From the human T2T-CHM13v2.0 reference genome, Homo sapiens: a stretch of DNA of 64,000 bases. The notes beneath the pieces are model-generated. The model worked only from the letters and a program-made list of their open reading frames with translations. It did not search any database and was not told the DNA's origin. Shown here one piece after another: positions 13,274 through 26,179 of this stretch. Numbering within the stretch: position 1 is the first letter of the stretch; each line of letters starts with the position of its first letter. A program made the translations under genes and the position numbers. The stretch is from the NCBI RefSeq assembly GCF_009914755.1, contig NC_060931.1; one strand, 5' to 3'.

Positions 13274-13913
13274 TGATATAGGAGTTAAGAAGAAATTACT
13301 TAGGTGGATAGTGAGGGTATGGGATTCCTTGGTAAGGTTTTCCTTTTAATGAAAAACAGCCCCCAAATCATTTTCTTTTCTAATAAAGAGAACCCTGTAA
13401 AATTGAGCTACAGACATAGACAAGCAAGCTAGATGCTTTCACAGGTGAATACCAGCAGCTGTCCCAACAGGAAAAGGCTACCTGGGACTACGCATGTTCA
13501 AAATGGCAGGTCCATCTTCCCTTCTCTTTGCCAGCCACGTGTACAGTAAGGAGCAGACAAGATGGTGCTGGCCAAGTGGAAAGTCCACTTGCATAATAAG
13601 ATTAGGGTGGGATGGCCAACCTTCCTTGTGCACTATGTAAATGTCACATCTAATGGAACCAATCTGTGGGCCCTATGTAAATCAGACATTGCCTCCTCAA
13701 GCCTGCCTATAAAATCTGGAGCACCCTGCCACTGGTCGGATTTTCCTTTTTAGAAGCCCTGTCTGTTAGAAAGGAGAGAGCTGTTCTTTCTCTTTCTTTC
13801 ACCTATTAAACCTCTGCTCCTAAACCCACTCCTTGTGTGTGTCCATATCCTAAGTCTTCTTGGCACGAGACAACAAACCCAGGGTATTTACCCCACACAA
13901 CAACACCACTTCA
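13274..13913 (+). mobile_element. ERV1 solo LTR (MER50-like, MER4 group)
   Basis: TG...CA termini, perfect 4-bp TSD ctga (13270-13273 and 13914-13917), TATAAAA at about 13708, ATTAAA at about 13805. Confidence 0.8.
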
Positions 13914-15544
13914 CTGACTGGATATAACTCTAAATCAACCTGGAAGAGAGGCAACAGCACCTAGGCAGCAAGGCATTGATTATTAAGCAACCAGCATGGA
14001 AATCATTTAATCATCAGTTTGCCTCTAATGTTGCATATTGACTAGGATCAGCCTGACTGCCACCAGAATGGTATAGCGTTTATATCAACAAGTTTTTTGG
14101 TTTATTATTGCTGTTGTTGTAGTTGTGTGTGTATGTATACATGTGTAAACACACACAGTTATTTGAACATTTTCCAAGTTATATGTCATACACACGTATT
14201 GAATTGTTATACAAATTATTTTAATGATCTCTCAGTTGACAACTTGATTAGATGTTCTTTCAATTTTTTATAGTCAAAATATTTGACTGTAACAAAAGAA
14301 TTTGTTATCCAATCATTAAATTCATTTACTTTCTCAAGATTTTATGTAGGCTTAAAAATGACGGGTGAATATTCCTATCACTTTTTCACCCTGAGGCACT
14401 TGTTTAACCCAAAGGAATTTGGAACAGTTTGGAAAATGAAAAGAAATCATTTTAGTGTTGTTGACAATGCAATATTTTATCTTATCACAAACCTTTTAAA
14501 CATGTTTTAAAACTAAACTTTAGAATGACGTATGCAGCTCATTCACTTAATGGGATGTTCCTGTCATATAACCACCCTGGTAAAGTCAGATCTTGTTGTG
14601 AAATACTCAGTCAAATCAGAATTATTTTGTGTCAGAAAGGAAATATAATTTAATTTTTCAATTCAACTTAGTGTGTTAATGTATGACCTTATAAAAAATC
14701 ATCTCTATCTCTGAGTTTACTTGAAGATAGAGGAATTAGGCAGACGAGCTTGCTAAAGTATTTCTTTCTGATGCACTTTTTGCCTTTTAGTCACAAATCT
14801 TTCCACAGGGCAAAGAATTCTTTACTTTCATTACAGAATCGAAGAAGCAGGTCAATTAACATTCAAAGATGAGCCAAAGTGTCTAGTTTCTAACACCACA
14901 CTTTGATCTATGAGGTAGGAAAATACTATTCAAATAGGCTTTCTGCAGGTTTATGGTGCCTTGATTAAAGGCAGATTAGATTCTAAAAATTATTCTATTT
15001 GTCCCTTTATTTTATAAAAGTATTATTGCTATTATTATTACTATTACAATTATCTGGTACAATATACCATAGTAAGAAGATTGGGGATGGAATGTGAGAG
15101 GTCAGCCTTTATTTTATAAGGTGGAGGAATGATCATTAAAAAAGAGAATATAAGAAGTGATGCCTTGACCACCAGTTCCATTTCAGGCAAATCATTTTAG
15201 GAAAAAGTACTTAAGAAAGCCAGGTACTACAGGTGACTGAACTCCTTGGGCAGTCTTAGTGGACTCCCCCACTGTGAGTCCATGTATGCCCCATGCTCAA
15301 GTTCACTTTCTATGGCAGGAGCAGTGATGTCACACAATGCATTGTCTTTAACAACTGCATTTTTTAATTTTTAAAATTCAATGCATAGCTTGCTACAGAA
15401 TGCCACCAATTGCAAGATTAGAATGTGTGAATACTAAGAGTTTACTTTAGGCATAGTATTAATTAATTCACTTAATCAACAGCAAGTTCTTCCTTTCCCC
15501 TGAAAGTATTTTGTTTGGATTCCACTGCCAGTATCTTTTTTTTT

Positions 15545-16075
15545 CTATAAGGATTCTTGATTGTGAAAAATAGAAACTCATTTAGACTAGCGTAAGTATA
15601 AAAATGAATGTTTTAGATGAATATTTGGAAATTTAAAGAACGATGAAAAAAGACTGGAGAATAAAGCTTATAAAACATGCAAGGTTCAAGTGATTATAAC
15701 TATATAGCAAACAAAGAAAAAGAAAAAATAAAGAAAGACAGAAAGAACCTAAAACATAGTCAAGGCCATTGCACAAGAATGGGATTTTTAGCGCTTATTA
15801 CCACAAGACTCTCAGATTGCTGCTGCTCCTGCTGTAACACTGAAGATTCAACGACTATTATGAAAAAGTTTTTGATCATTTCTCTACCCTTATGCCACTC
15901 CTCAGGGAGTCAAATTCCCAGGCAGACACATCTGATTGTAGACCCTAAGTCATGGGCCCACAATCCTTGCTAAGAAGTCAGCGGCAGAGTTCTGCCTCTT
16001 CATAAGACTTGCACGATTGGGTGACACTCCGAAGCAGTAATGGTGAGTGTCCCAAACAACAAATGTTCACTATAG
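15545..16075 (-). mobile_element. Very old ERVL/MaLR LTR relic (family uncertain)
   Basis: ggattcttgattg...agaaactca start and caaattcccaggcagacacatctgattg motif typical of ancient LTR33/MLT1M-like LTRs. Confidence 0.4.
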
Positions 16076-18942
16076 TTAACATCAGCTATAAGGCATGAAC
16101 TAAAATGTAGATAGTTTCATTTATTGCTCCAATATTTACTGAGCGGTTCTTGAATATGAAGCTGTGTTACGGAATGCAGATAAAATGAGCAAAACTGGAG
16201 ATGGTTTCTGCACTCACAGAAGTGCTACAGCTTAATAAATTATTATATGTAAAAAGCAATGTTAATTTAAGTATACATTCTTATATATTGTAGGGTTAAA
16301 CAAATGATCAACAATCAAACAGCCAGATAGGATGATGGTAATTTGTGATGCAAAAATTAACAGAAATTGAAACTTGACAATTCAAGACAATACTAATCAT
16401 ATGATGAAAATAAATCACTATTTTTAGGTATTAAGGGAATTCCAATTTTCTGTGTTTGTTTAAATTGTGATTTCACTGAATATCTTACCAAAATTCAAAT
16501 AGTTCTCAATTATGTCTTTTTAATTTTAAGAACCTTTACTATCTCACTTAACATATAACATGTAAGGCATTTTTTTCTTACTGTTAAAGTGAAAATTTGT
16601 GAAATTGTGACTCCCTTACCCTAAATATACCCAGCCACATCTTGAGAATTATTAATCTATTTGATTGTACTAAGTTGTGCTGATTCTGTACAGGTATCTG
16701 TGTAGTGTTCATGTGATTAAGACAACCAAGACAGCTGCCAGTGCTCACAGGAAGGTGAGACAAAAGAAGGAGTGAGACAAAAGAGAGACTAAGGGCTGGG
16801 AGTTGTCACAGGTGATTAGAGGCAGTAATGGGCACTCTTCTGCCAGAGAGGGACAGGGAGGAAAAGGCGCTTTGTAGAAGCAGTGTTGGTTGAGGCAGCA
16901 ATCTATCCTAGAGCATGATATAGATGTGCTAGCTTACCTGCCCCAAACATCGGATTAATATCATTAATATTCAAATATATTATAATATTTAGAAAATATA
17001 TTAAAAATGTCAATTCACATATGTAAAGTATATCAACTTAAAATGTATAAAGTATTAATACATAATTAACAGAAGAAATACACATAGGCAATAAGGAATT
17101 AAAATTATTCTATTCATTAAAAACAAAATAATTGTTCATTGAAATAAAGAGATATTCTCACTTTCAAATTGGAAGGTACATTTAGAAATGAAAATAAACA
17201 GCCCTAGGTATGATGAATTCAGACAATAACTCTTCTTCACTGTGGGATGACATGAGATGATACACTCTTCCTGGAAGACAAATATATGACATATCATTAG
17301 TTATCCATCTATCATATTTTAAATGCTTATATTGTTACCTAAGTACTTTAGTTCTAGAAATTTACCAAAGGGAAACAATGAAAGATGTAAACAAAAATTT
17401 TAAACAAAATGTTCTTTGTAGATTTATATATTTTAGCAAAAAATTGCAAACAACTAAATGCCAAAATTAGAGAGTGGATAAATGAATTATGTTGTGGTAA
17501 AATAGGACTTTATGTAGCTGTTAAAAGTCAGACTATTGAAAGTCATTTAATGACATGAATAGTGTTTATTGTATAAGTTTAAGAATATAGCATATAGACA
17601 CTAAGTGAAAAATCTGAAAAGAAAATCAAGAAAATAATTTTATTTCCAACAGAATAACAAAGAGTAAAATACTTGGTAATAAACTTAACAAGAAGGAAAA
17701 GCTACAAAGCATTGCTGAAAGAAATTAAGGAAGACATGAGTAAATGAAAAGATACTCTATGTATGAACTGGAAGACAATATTTGTAAGTCGACGGTAATA
17801 CCCAAAGTGATCTGTTCAGTCAATGAGATCCTTATTAAAATCCCAATGAAATTTTTTGCAGAAATAGGAAAGCCTATCTTAAAATTTACATGGAATCTGA
17901 AAGAACCCTGAAAAGCCTAATAATTTGAAAAAGAAGAAAGATATTGGAGAATTCACACTCTCTGATTTTCAAATTCATTACAAATCTACAGTAGTCAAGA
18001 GTGTGGTATTAGTACAAGGACAGACATATAGACCAATGGAATAGAATTGAGAGCCTAGAAACAAACCCTCACAAATATATATAGTCAAATGATATCAAAA
18101 AGAGTGCTGTGTCCATTCAGTGGGGAAAAGGCAATCTCAATCTTTTCAACAAATATTGCTGGGGATGCTCGTTATCCACAGGCAAAAGAATGAAGCTAGA
18201 TTCTTACTTTACACCATATACAAAAGTTAACTAAAACTAGATAGACCTACATATGGGAGCTAAATTTATAAAACTTATAACACAAAACAGGGGAGTAAAT
18301 CTTCGTGAAACTGAATTTGGTAATAATTTATTGAATATGACACCAAAAGCACAGGCAACAAAGAAAAAATATCTGAATTAGACTTCATCAAGATTTAAAA
18401 AGCTTTTATGCTTCAAAAAACACTATTCAGAGAGTAAAATGACAACTCACAGAATGGAAGAAAGTATTTGCAAATTGTCCATCTGATAAGGGATTAATAC
18501 CCAGAACGTATAAAGAACTCTTACAACTGAAAAACGTAAAACCACCCAATTTAAAAAATGGGCAAAGGAGTAGAATAAACATTTCTCCAAAGAAGGTAAG
18601 CAAATGGCCAATAAGAACATGTTCAACATCACTAATAAATTAGGGAAATACAAATCGAAATCACAACGAGTTACAACTTCGCACTCATTAAGATGGTTAC
18701 TATTTATTTCAAGAAAGGAAAATAAGAGTTGGCAAGGATATGGAAAAATCTGAATATTTGTGCACTGCTGGTGGCAGTATCAAATAGTGCAGCTACTTTG
18801 GAAACAACTATTGTAGTTCTTCAAAAAGTTAAACAGAATTACCCTATGACTCCACAATTTCATTTCCAAGTACATACACAAAAGAATTAAAGTCAGGGAC
18901 CCAAACAGATATTTTTTCAACAATGTCCATAGTAGCATTATT

Positions 18943-20383
18943 TTTGTTTTTTTAATTTTTGTGGGTACATAGGTGTACATATTTATGGGTTACAGGAGAT
19001 ATTTTGACACAGGTATGCCATGCATAATAATCACTTCAGGGTAAATGGGGTATCCATCACCTTAAGCATTTATCCTTTGTGTTACAACAATCCAATAATA
19101 CTCTTTTCATTATTTTAAAATGTACAATTAAATTATTTTTGACCGCAGTCACGTGGTTGTGCTACCAAAAACTAGGTCTTATTCATTCTTTCTAACTATT
19201 TTTTGTGCCCATTAACCATTCCCATTTCTCCCCTACTTCCTCACTACCCTTCCCAGCCTCTGGTAACCATCCTTCTATGCTCTATCTCTGTATTAATCTG
19301 TTCTCATGCTGCTAATAAAGACATTCCTGAGATGGGGTAATTTAAAAAGAAAAAGAGGTCCGTCAGACTCACTGTTCCATATGGCTGGGTAGGCCTCACA
19401 ATCATGGTGGAAGGTGAAGGAGGAGCAAAGGCACATCTTCATGGAGGCAGGCAAGAGAGCTTGTGCAGGGGAACTCCCATTTATAAAACCGTTAGATCTC
19501 ATAAGACTTATTCACTATCATGAGAACAGCAAAGGAAAGACACACCCCCATGATTCAATTACCTCCCACTGGGTCTCTTTATGACATGTGAGAATTATGA
19601 GAGCTACAATTCAAGATGAAACTTGGGAGGGGACACAGCCAAACCATATCAATCTCCATGAGTTCAATTGCTTTAATGTTTAGCTTCCACAAATAAGTGA
19701 CATCATGCAGCTTGTCTTTCTGTACCTGGTTTATTTTACTTAACATAATAACCTCTAGTTCCATCCATGTTGTTGCAAATGACAGGATCTTATTCTTTTT
19801 TATGGGTGAATAGTATTCCATTGTGTATATATACTACATTTTCTTTATCCATTCATCTGTTGATGGACACTTAGGTTGCTTCCAGATCTAAGTGGTGCAA
19901 TAAACTTGGGAGTGCAGATATTTCTTCGATATTCTGATTTCCTTTCATTGGGGCATATACCTAGCAGTGGGATTACTGGATTGTATGGTAGCTCTATTTT
20001 TAGTTTTCTGAGGAACCTCCAGACTGTTCTCCATAGTGGTTGTATTAATTTACATTACCACCAACAGTGTTGGAGTGTTCCTTTTTCTCCACATCCTCAC
20101 CAGCATTTGTTATTGCCTGCGTTTTGGATATAAGCCATTTTAACTGGGGTGAGATGTTATCTCATTATAGTTTTGATTTCTATTTATCGGTTGATCAATG
20201 ATTTTGAGCACCTTTTCATATGTCTGTTTGCCATTTGTATGTCTTCTTTTGAGAAATGTCTATTCAAATATTTTGCACATTTTAAAATTGGTTTTATGAG
20301 ATTCTTTTTCCTATTTAGTGACCTGAGCTTCTGCAAGTTGTCTCTTCACTTTGTTTCCTTTGCTATGCAGTTTTTAAAACACT
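18943..20383 (-). mobile_element. L1MA-type 3' fragment inserted antisense in the L1MB
   Basis: L1MA 3' UTR (gtaaatggggtatccatcaccttaagcatttatcc); 11-bp TSD gtagcattatt at 18932-18942 and 20384-20394. Confidence 0.85.
19289..19651 (-). mobile_element. THE1B-type solo LTR nested in the L1MA
   Basis: tgtattaatctgttctcatgctgctaataaagaca...ggacacagccaaaccatatca; perfect 5-bp TSD atctc (19284-19288, 19652-19656). Confidence 0.93.
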
Positions 20384-21956
20384 GTAGCATTATTCTCAAT
20401 AGTCAAAAGGTAGAAACATCCCAACTACCCATCAACAGATAAATCAATAAATAAAATGTGGCATGTTCATATAATAGAATATTAGTCTTAAAAACATTGA
20501 AATTCTAAATTGAGCTGCAGTGTATATCAACCTTGAAAACATTATGCTAGGGGAAATAAGCCAGACATAAAAAGAAAATATTGTATGAATAAACTTATAT
20601 GATATATGTAGAGTAGGCAAATTATTTACAGAGACAGCATAATAGAAGTTAACCGGGCCTGGGTGGAAGGGATAGAAAAGAGATATCATTTAATCTGCAC
20701 AGAGTTTCTGATTAGGCTGATAAAAAATTCTAGAAATGGATAGTGGTGATGGTTGGACAACATTGTGAATGGACTTAATGCCACTGAATTGTAGACTTCG
20801 GATGCTTAAAATGATAAATTTAGTATTGTGTATTTCCCACAATAAAAAATTCAAAGAAAGATAGCAAATAAAAATATACATAAACTATGATAATTTGTTT
20901 TTTATTTAACTTTTTGGTTTTAAAGAATTACAAACTCATAAGAAGTTTCAAAATTAGTACAGAGAAGTACCTTGTACCCTTATTCATTTTCTTTCTATGA
21001 TTATTTTTACATGACTGTGGTACAACATCAGAACTTGGAAATTAGTATTGTTACAATGTTTCTTTACAATTCTATACCATCTTATCACATACACAAATGC
21101 ATGTAACCAGAAAGAAAACAAAATACAGAATTTTCCATTACCATGAAGAGCTCTTTTTTGCTACCCTCCTACAGTCACACTCACTAATTCTCTCAATCCT
21201 CATTACGAGCTATTGGCAAACACTAATTGGTTTTTCATTCCTATAATCTTTTTAATTTCAAGAATATCATACTAATAGAATCATACAGTATGTGTCCTTT
21301 GGAATTGGCTTTTTCTCACTCAACATAATATCCTTGGGATCTATCTAAGTTGTTGTATGTATCAATAGTTTTCTCCTTTTTCTTACTGAGTAGTATTCCA
21401 TAGTGTGGACACACCACAGTTTGTTTAACCATTCATCTTTTCAGGGACATTTAACCATTCACTTTTTTATTGTTTTCAGTTTGGGGCTATTACAGAAAAT
21501 GCTGTCTTTTCTTTCAATCTGCTTATATTGCTGTATTTAAAATAAGGTTCTTATAGGCAGCTTATAATTTGATTTGCCATTTCATGTTTTTCTTTTTTCT
21601 GTCTTCCTGTGGATTGAATATTTTTTTAACTTATTAATAGTGTATTTTAGCACATCTCTTTATATACAAATTTAAAGTAATTTCTCTAGGTGTTTTTTTA
21701 TACATACATAACTTATCAGAGTCTATTGATATTGACATTTTGCTAGTTCTTGTAAACTGTAGAAACTTTACTTCACTTTAAATTCCTTTACCCTTTCTTG
21801 TTCATAATATAATTGCCTTAGCTATTTCCTCTAAATATATTGATAACCATATAAAATAATGTTATAGTTTTTGGATCAAACATCACACAATTTAAAAAAC
21901 CAAAGAAAAGAAAAGTCTATGGTACTTACTCATATTTACACTTGCCATTTTCTAAC

Positions 21957-22260
<304 letters not shown>

Positions 22261-22672
22261 CTGCCATTGTGTTTTTATTCTTGTATGATGTTTCTAGATT
22301 ACTTCTTTTACCCTTTCCTTTCTGTTTCAAGAATTTCCTGGTACCACTTTTTTCCCCAGTAGGTCTGTAGTGACAAATTCTCTTAGTTTTCCTTCATTTG
22401 AGAATGTCTTGATTTCTCCTTCATGTCTGAAGAATAATTTTGCTGGATATGAAATTTTGGGTTAACAGCTCTTTTCTTTAAATACCTGCAAATTATTGTG
22501 TCACTTTCTCTTATTCACTTCTGATGACAAATCTGCTGTCATTTGAGTTGATTTTCCCCTGTAGTCTAGTTTTCAGAAATTTAACTATAGTGTATCTTGC
22601 TGTGTAATTCTTTGGATTTATCCTAACTGAGATGAGTCAGCTTTTTACATCTACATTTATGTCATTATCAAA

Positions 22673-23018
22673 CACTATAGTCTGAATGTGTCCCTCAGAA
22701 TTCACGTGTTGGAAACTTAATTTTCAGTGCAATAGTGTTGGAAAGTGGGACCTTCTGAGCAGTGTTTAGGTAATGAGGGCTCTACCCTCATAAATGGATT
22801 AATGCTACTACAAAAAGGGCTTATGGGAATACATTTGTTCTCTTGTGCCCTTCTGTGTTTTGCTTTGTGAGGACACAGTAAGAAGGCCATCACCAGATCC
22901 TGGACTTGATCTTGGACTTCTCAACCTCTAGAACTGTAAGAAATAAATTCTGTTCTTTGTAAATTACCCAGTATCAAGTTTGCATTTCTGTTACAGCAAC
23001 ACAAAACAGAGTAAGACA
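22673..23018 (+). mobile_element. MST-type (MSTD-like) MaLR solo LTR
   Basis: ctatagtctgaatgtgtccctcagaattcacgtgttggaaacttaa...gcaacacaaaacagagtaagaca; TSD tcaaa/ccaaa. Confidence 0.8.
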
Positions 23019-24404
23019 CCAAATTGGAGAAATGTTTGGTCATTTCTTTGAATATTGTTTTCATCCCCTTCTGTTTTCTATTTTTTCTGGAACTCTAATG
23101 AAAAAAATATTAGATCCTTTTTATAGACCACAGATTTCTGAGTCTTTGTTAATTTTATTCCAGCTATTTTCTCTTTGTTATTTAGATTAGGTAATTTTTA
23201 TTGTTCTATTTTGCAGTTTACTGATTCTTCTTCTGCCCTCTTTATTCTGCTGTTGAATCTACCCATTGAGGTTTTGTAATTTGGTTGCTGTATTATTTAA
23301 TTCTAAATTGTTCATTTGGTTCTTTTTTATGTCTTCCCTTTATTGCTGAGATCTTATTCTTTTGCATTTGTTTCAAGTGTGTTTGTAATTACTCATTAAG
23401 CATTTTTTATGATGGCTGCTTTAAAATCCTTGTGAGATAATGTTAACTTCCATATAATCTTAGTGTTGTCATCTGTTAATTGTCTTTTGTCATTCAAGTT
23501 GGGATTTTTCTTGTTCTTAGTGTGAAAGTGATTTCCTATTGTATTCTGGACATCCTGGCTATTATGTTACAAGATTGTTGATCTTATTTAAATATTCTGT
23601 TTTAGAAGTCTTCCTCTGACACTAGAGAGGTGGAGAAAGAGGTCTGTCTCCCTTTGTTCCTGCCAGGTGTGGTGAAAGTTCAGGTTCTCCTTTGGGCCTC
23701 CATTACCACCCCAGGAGTGGGGGAAGTTCCTGGTTACTTTCCACTGGTGATGGGATTTCTGGTACCATGTATTTCCTCAGCTGTCAAGGTCCCCATGTGT
23801 TCTGCCATTTTCCCTCTACTTATCAGTCTTCTTATATTTGCTTTACATATAATGTCCAGGGATTTTTACTGTAATTAGTGAGAAGAATAGGTTGAACTGC
23901 ATCTACTCCATATTGTACCTGATCAAGATGTGCTCATTTATTTTTACAAAACATTTTTGTGTGTCTATCTATCTACATATACACATACATATGCACATAT
24001 TGCATATATAAAATAAATGTTTAGTGTCTTGTTTGTGTGTATGTATATACCCACACTATATATATAATATTTTGGCATATTGTATGTTATAGGCTTGAAC
24101 TAGTATTTTAAACCTATGTCCTTTTTTCCCCCTACTGCCTAATGCTATGTAAGGATTTAATCTGTTTCTAAATCAGATATCATTTTATGGTACAGGAATT
24201 TTTGCACATGCAGTGACCCCAGGCTTTTCAAATTTGTGAATGACTTATAAAATTAATTTCATATTAACTTTCCATATTCCTCACACTCCATCAAATTAAA
24301 AAAAAAGCAAGGTGCTATTATTTAAATTGCAGAAAGATACTAACTTATGACTGATGGTCCAGATGAATCCATTAACCTGCTATTAGCAAGAGCAAAGAGA
24401 GAAT

Positions 24405-24427
24405 GAGAGAGAGAGAGAGAGAGAGAG
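24405..24427. repeat. (GA)n microsatellite
   Basis: About 11 GA units. Confidence 0.9.
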
Positions 24428-24689
24428 TAAGAAGCAAGCATCTTTCCACTGTATGATCCAAGTAGACAGTCAGATTTAGATGATTTCAGAACAAATCCAT
24501 AATGACTCACAATACTAGGATCTTTTCCTGTTGTGGGATTATTTCCTTAGCGTTCCATTTTAACTGATTATTCATTATCCATATTCTTTAGCAAATATTT
24601 ATTATCTACTATATGTTGGATATTGAGCTAGCCAGGTGCTGGTGATATAGGAAGAAAACAAACCTTTTTGAGGTCATTATGGTCTAGAG

Positions 24690-24873
24690 CAGTTGTTCTC
24701 ATCCTTTAGCCTGTCAGAATCATCTGGAAGCTTGATAAAACACAGAATGCTGGGCCATATCCCTTGAGTTACTGATTCAGTAGTTCTGGGTGGGGCTGAA
24801 GAGTTTGAATTTCTAGCAAGTTTCCAGGTGATGCTCTTGCTGCTGGTTTGTGGACCACATTTCAGAAACACTT
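24690..24873. mobile_element. MER5A hAT-Charlie MITE
   Basis: cagttgttctc...cagaatcatctggaagcttgataaaacacaga...tgattcagtag...ggaccacatttcagaaacact; flanked by gtctagag/gtctaaag. Confidence 0.85.
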
Positions 24874-24881
24874 GTCTAAAG

Positions 24882-25079
24882 CAGTAATAATCAGATTTTA
24901 GTGTGCCTAAGAATCACCTATGGCATTGCTTAAATAATAATCTCCTGAATCCAGTTCCTGAAGATTCTGATTCAGTAAATCTGTAGTGGGACCCAAGGAT
25001 TGGCATTTTAAAGAGCACCCAGATGAGTTATTTGTACCTAGCTTGAGGATCACACTTTGACCAGTATTGAGAAGTGTTG
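24882..25079. mobile_element. Second MER5-family MITE (MER5B-like)
   Basis: aagaatcacct...agattctgattcagtaaatctg...gatcacactttga; followed by gtctaatg. Confidence 0.7.
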
Positions 25080-25369
25080 GTCTAATGTAGAAGCAGGCAT
25101 AAAATAAATATTCATATAAAAGTTATTTAATTTGAAATTTTATAAGAGCTAAAGAAGTATAGATGCTTTAAGATTTGAGAGGTGACCTCAGAGGAAAGAC
25201 TATTTAAGTTATTTTTGAGAAAGCAGCAGACCCAAGCATGATGGATAATCCCCTTTTCTTCAAACTGGCCAAGAAAAGAAGTATGAAGGGAAATTAATCC
25301 TCTCATTTTTAAAAGTTTTGCACTGATATTATGGCAGCTTGTTACATGGTTATAAGTATGGACTCTGCA

Positions 25370-25600
25370 GTAGGATATCACTTCTGCTTCTACCAACTTA
25401 CTAGCTATATGAACTTGGGCAAGCTGCTTATCATTTCTGTGCCTCATTTTAAAAAATCTGTGAAGTGGGATAATAATAGTTTATAACATAGGCAGTTCTA
25501 TGAATATTAAATAGGTTTAAAAATGTAAAACACTTAGGAGGATGCCTGGAGGATAGAAAAAGCTCAGCTCAGTGAAAGTGAGCTATTATCACCATGGGCA
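25370..25600 (+). mobile_element. MIR SINE
   Basis: acttactagctatatgaacttgggcaag...ctgtgcctcatttt...atctgtgaagtgggataataatag. Confidence 0.8.
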
Positions 25601-26179
25601 GCAGATTGGAATCCATTTGTTAAAGCAGCATTGTGTTACATACTCATGCAAAAGCTGCTCAAGGGAGTTCTCTGGCAGTCATTTAAAGCTCTACTTTTAT
25701 ACACCTTTCATATTGAAAAGGAAGAAATCTGATAGCATCTTCCTTCGTGAACAATAGTTCAGAGTACAAGTCCAGGGGGCTTCCCAATAGTCAGCTTCAA
25801 TGTTAAGTGAAGAGCTATGGACCAGGATCAAGCTTGTAGACATTTTTAAGGCTCCCAGAACTTTGTCTGCACATGGCTGCTTCTGTGATGTCTTCTGTGA
25901 TTTTTAGTGATTAGTAGAGATCCTCTAAAATGGAAAGGCCTTATAATATCATCATTGATGTATCTAAGGAAGGAGGACCTAAGCAGACAGACAATTATAC
26001 CTACTCCACAGGTATAATTGGCTAAGAGGAACACTGAGGGATGGGGAATAATAGTAGCAATTATGAATGAGAAAAAGGAATTCTTCATCATGGAATGTAG
26101 GGAGAGAGTAGAGGTCTGAACCTCAGGAGTAGACAGAGCCAAGGCCCATCTCATTGTGCTATAGCAGGAGAGGAGACTC

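Larger units (their letters stand above)
17600..20850 (+). mobile_element. L1MB-type LINE (ORF2 3' part plus 3' UTR), interrupted by a nested L1MA
   Basis: ORF2 relic (gacagacatatagaccaatggaatagaattgagagcc) and 3' end aatgccactgaattgta...cacaataaaaaa. Host is continuous across the duplicated gtagcattatt. Confidence 0.85.
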
